A DNA stretch of 64,000 nucleotides from the human T2T-CHM13v2.0 reference genome, Homo sapiens, in assembly GCF_009914755.1 (NCBI RefSeq), contig NC_060933.1. One strand, 5' to 3'. Numbering within the stretch: position 1 is the first letter of the stretch; each line of letters opens with the position of its first letter. Under the pieces are notes generated by a model. The model saw nothing but the letters and a program-made list of their open reading frames with translations, had not been told where the DNA came from and did no database searches. The position numbers were made by a program, and so were the translations under genes. Positions 63,085 through 64,000 of this stretch are shown here, in pieces.

Positions 63085-64000
63085 GAATTAAGTGGTTCAT
63101 TTATTGAACAAATATCTCTTGAACACCTACTATGTGCAAGACAGTTTGCTAAGAGCCCAGGACAGAATGGCAAAAAGAGACACAGAGCCACTGCCCTAGT
63201 GGAGCTCACAATCAAGTAAAGAAGGGAATCAACACAAACGAGTTCAAAAATATTAATTGTCATAAATGCTATGAAAGAAACAGAGGCGATGAAATCAAAA
63301 ATAATGGCAAGGATCTATTTTGGATGGGATTTTTACAGAACGCCTCTGTATAAAAGTAATATTGAAGCTGAAACCTAAAGATGATAAGGAGATAATCAAG
63401 TCAAGAACATTCCAGATAGAGGGGCTAGACTGTGCAAAGGTTCTGAAATAGGAGTGAACTTAGCATGTTTCAGAAGCTGAAAGAAAGATTAGGGTAGATG
63501 GAGTATAGTGAGCAAGGGGCACAGAGACAACACAAGGTTGGACAGAACCAGGTTGTATAGGTCACAATAAAAAGTACAGATTTTATCCCAAGAGTAATCA
63601 GGAGCCATTGCAGAATTTTAAACAGCAGCAAAACATTATCCACTTTACATTTTGGAACACACTAGCTGCTGCATGGAGAATTAACTGGAGGTGAGAGTAA
63701 AATCTAGGCGACCTGTCAGGGGTGACTATTGTAAGTCTAGCAAGAGATGATGGCAGTCCACTTAAGGTACTGGCAGTGACAATGGAAAGGAGTGGAAAGA
63801 AGATGTATTTTGGAAGTGATGACACGTATCTGATATATCTGTTATATTGATTATGGTTTGGATGCAGGAGATTGCTAAAAGAGGAAAAAAAAATTAAGAA
63901 TGATGCCTGGGTTTCTAACATACACAATGAAATGATGGTGATGATATTTACTTTTGAAGACTGGTGAATGGGTAGGAAAAGCTTTGGGATAAAGCCAGGA
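63085..64000 (-). mobile_element. L2 (L2a-like) 3' region
   Basis: 'ttcatttattgaacaaatat...aacacctactatgtgcaaga', 'ctgccctagtggagctcaca', 'gaacattccagatagaggg...gtgcaaagg'. Confidence 0.85.

Overview
AT-rich hominoid (most likely human) intergenic or intronic DNA dominated by interspersed repeats. I recognise no host protein-coding exon, RNA gene or CRISPR array; nearly all ORFs in the track are L1 remnants, Alu read-throughs or chance ORFs. Main landmarks: (1) a full-length processed RPS20 pseudogene (4307-4822) with a 16-bp TSD, nested in an old L1; (2) a full-length ~6.16-kb L1PA3-like element (26434-32592) with a 13-bp TSD, broken ORF1/ORF2, a retained ZNF93-target segment, a mutated YY1 site and an open antisense ORF0 that extends into flanking DNA; (3) many Alu, MIR, L2, MaLR/ERV LTR and DNA-transposon fossils, including a MER41B-like LTR with two intact GAS motifs. 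The most unusual structure is a 145-bp inverted duplication with one mismatch (7902-8046 vs 8757-8901), apparently copied from an ancient L1 remnant into a MER44 transposon, which suggests a recent templated repair or template-switch event. I found no convincing novel multi-gene system. Repeat subfamily names come from remembered consensus sequences and need RepeatMasker/Dfam confirmation.
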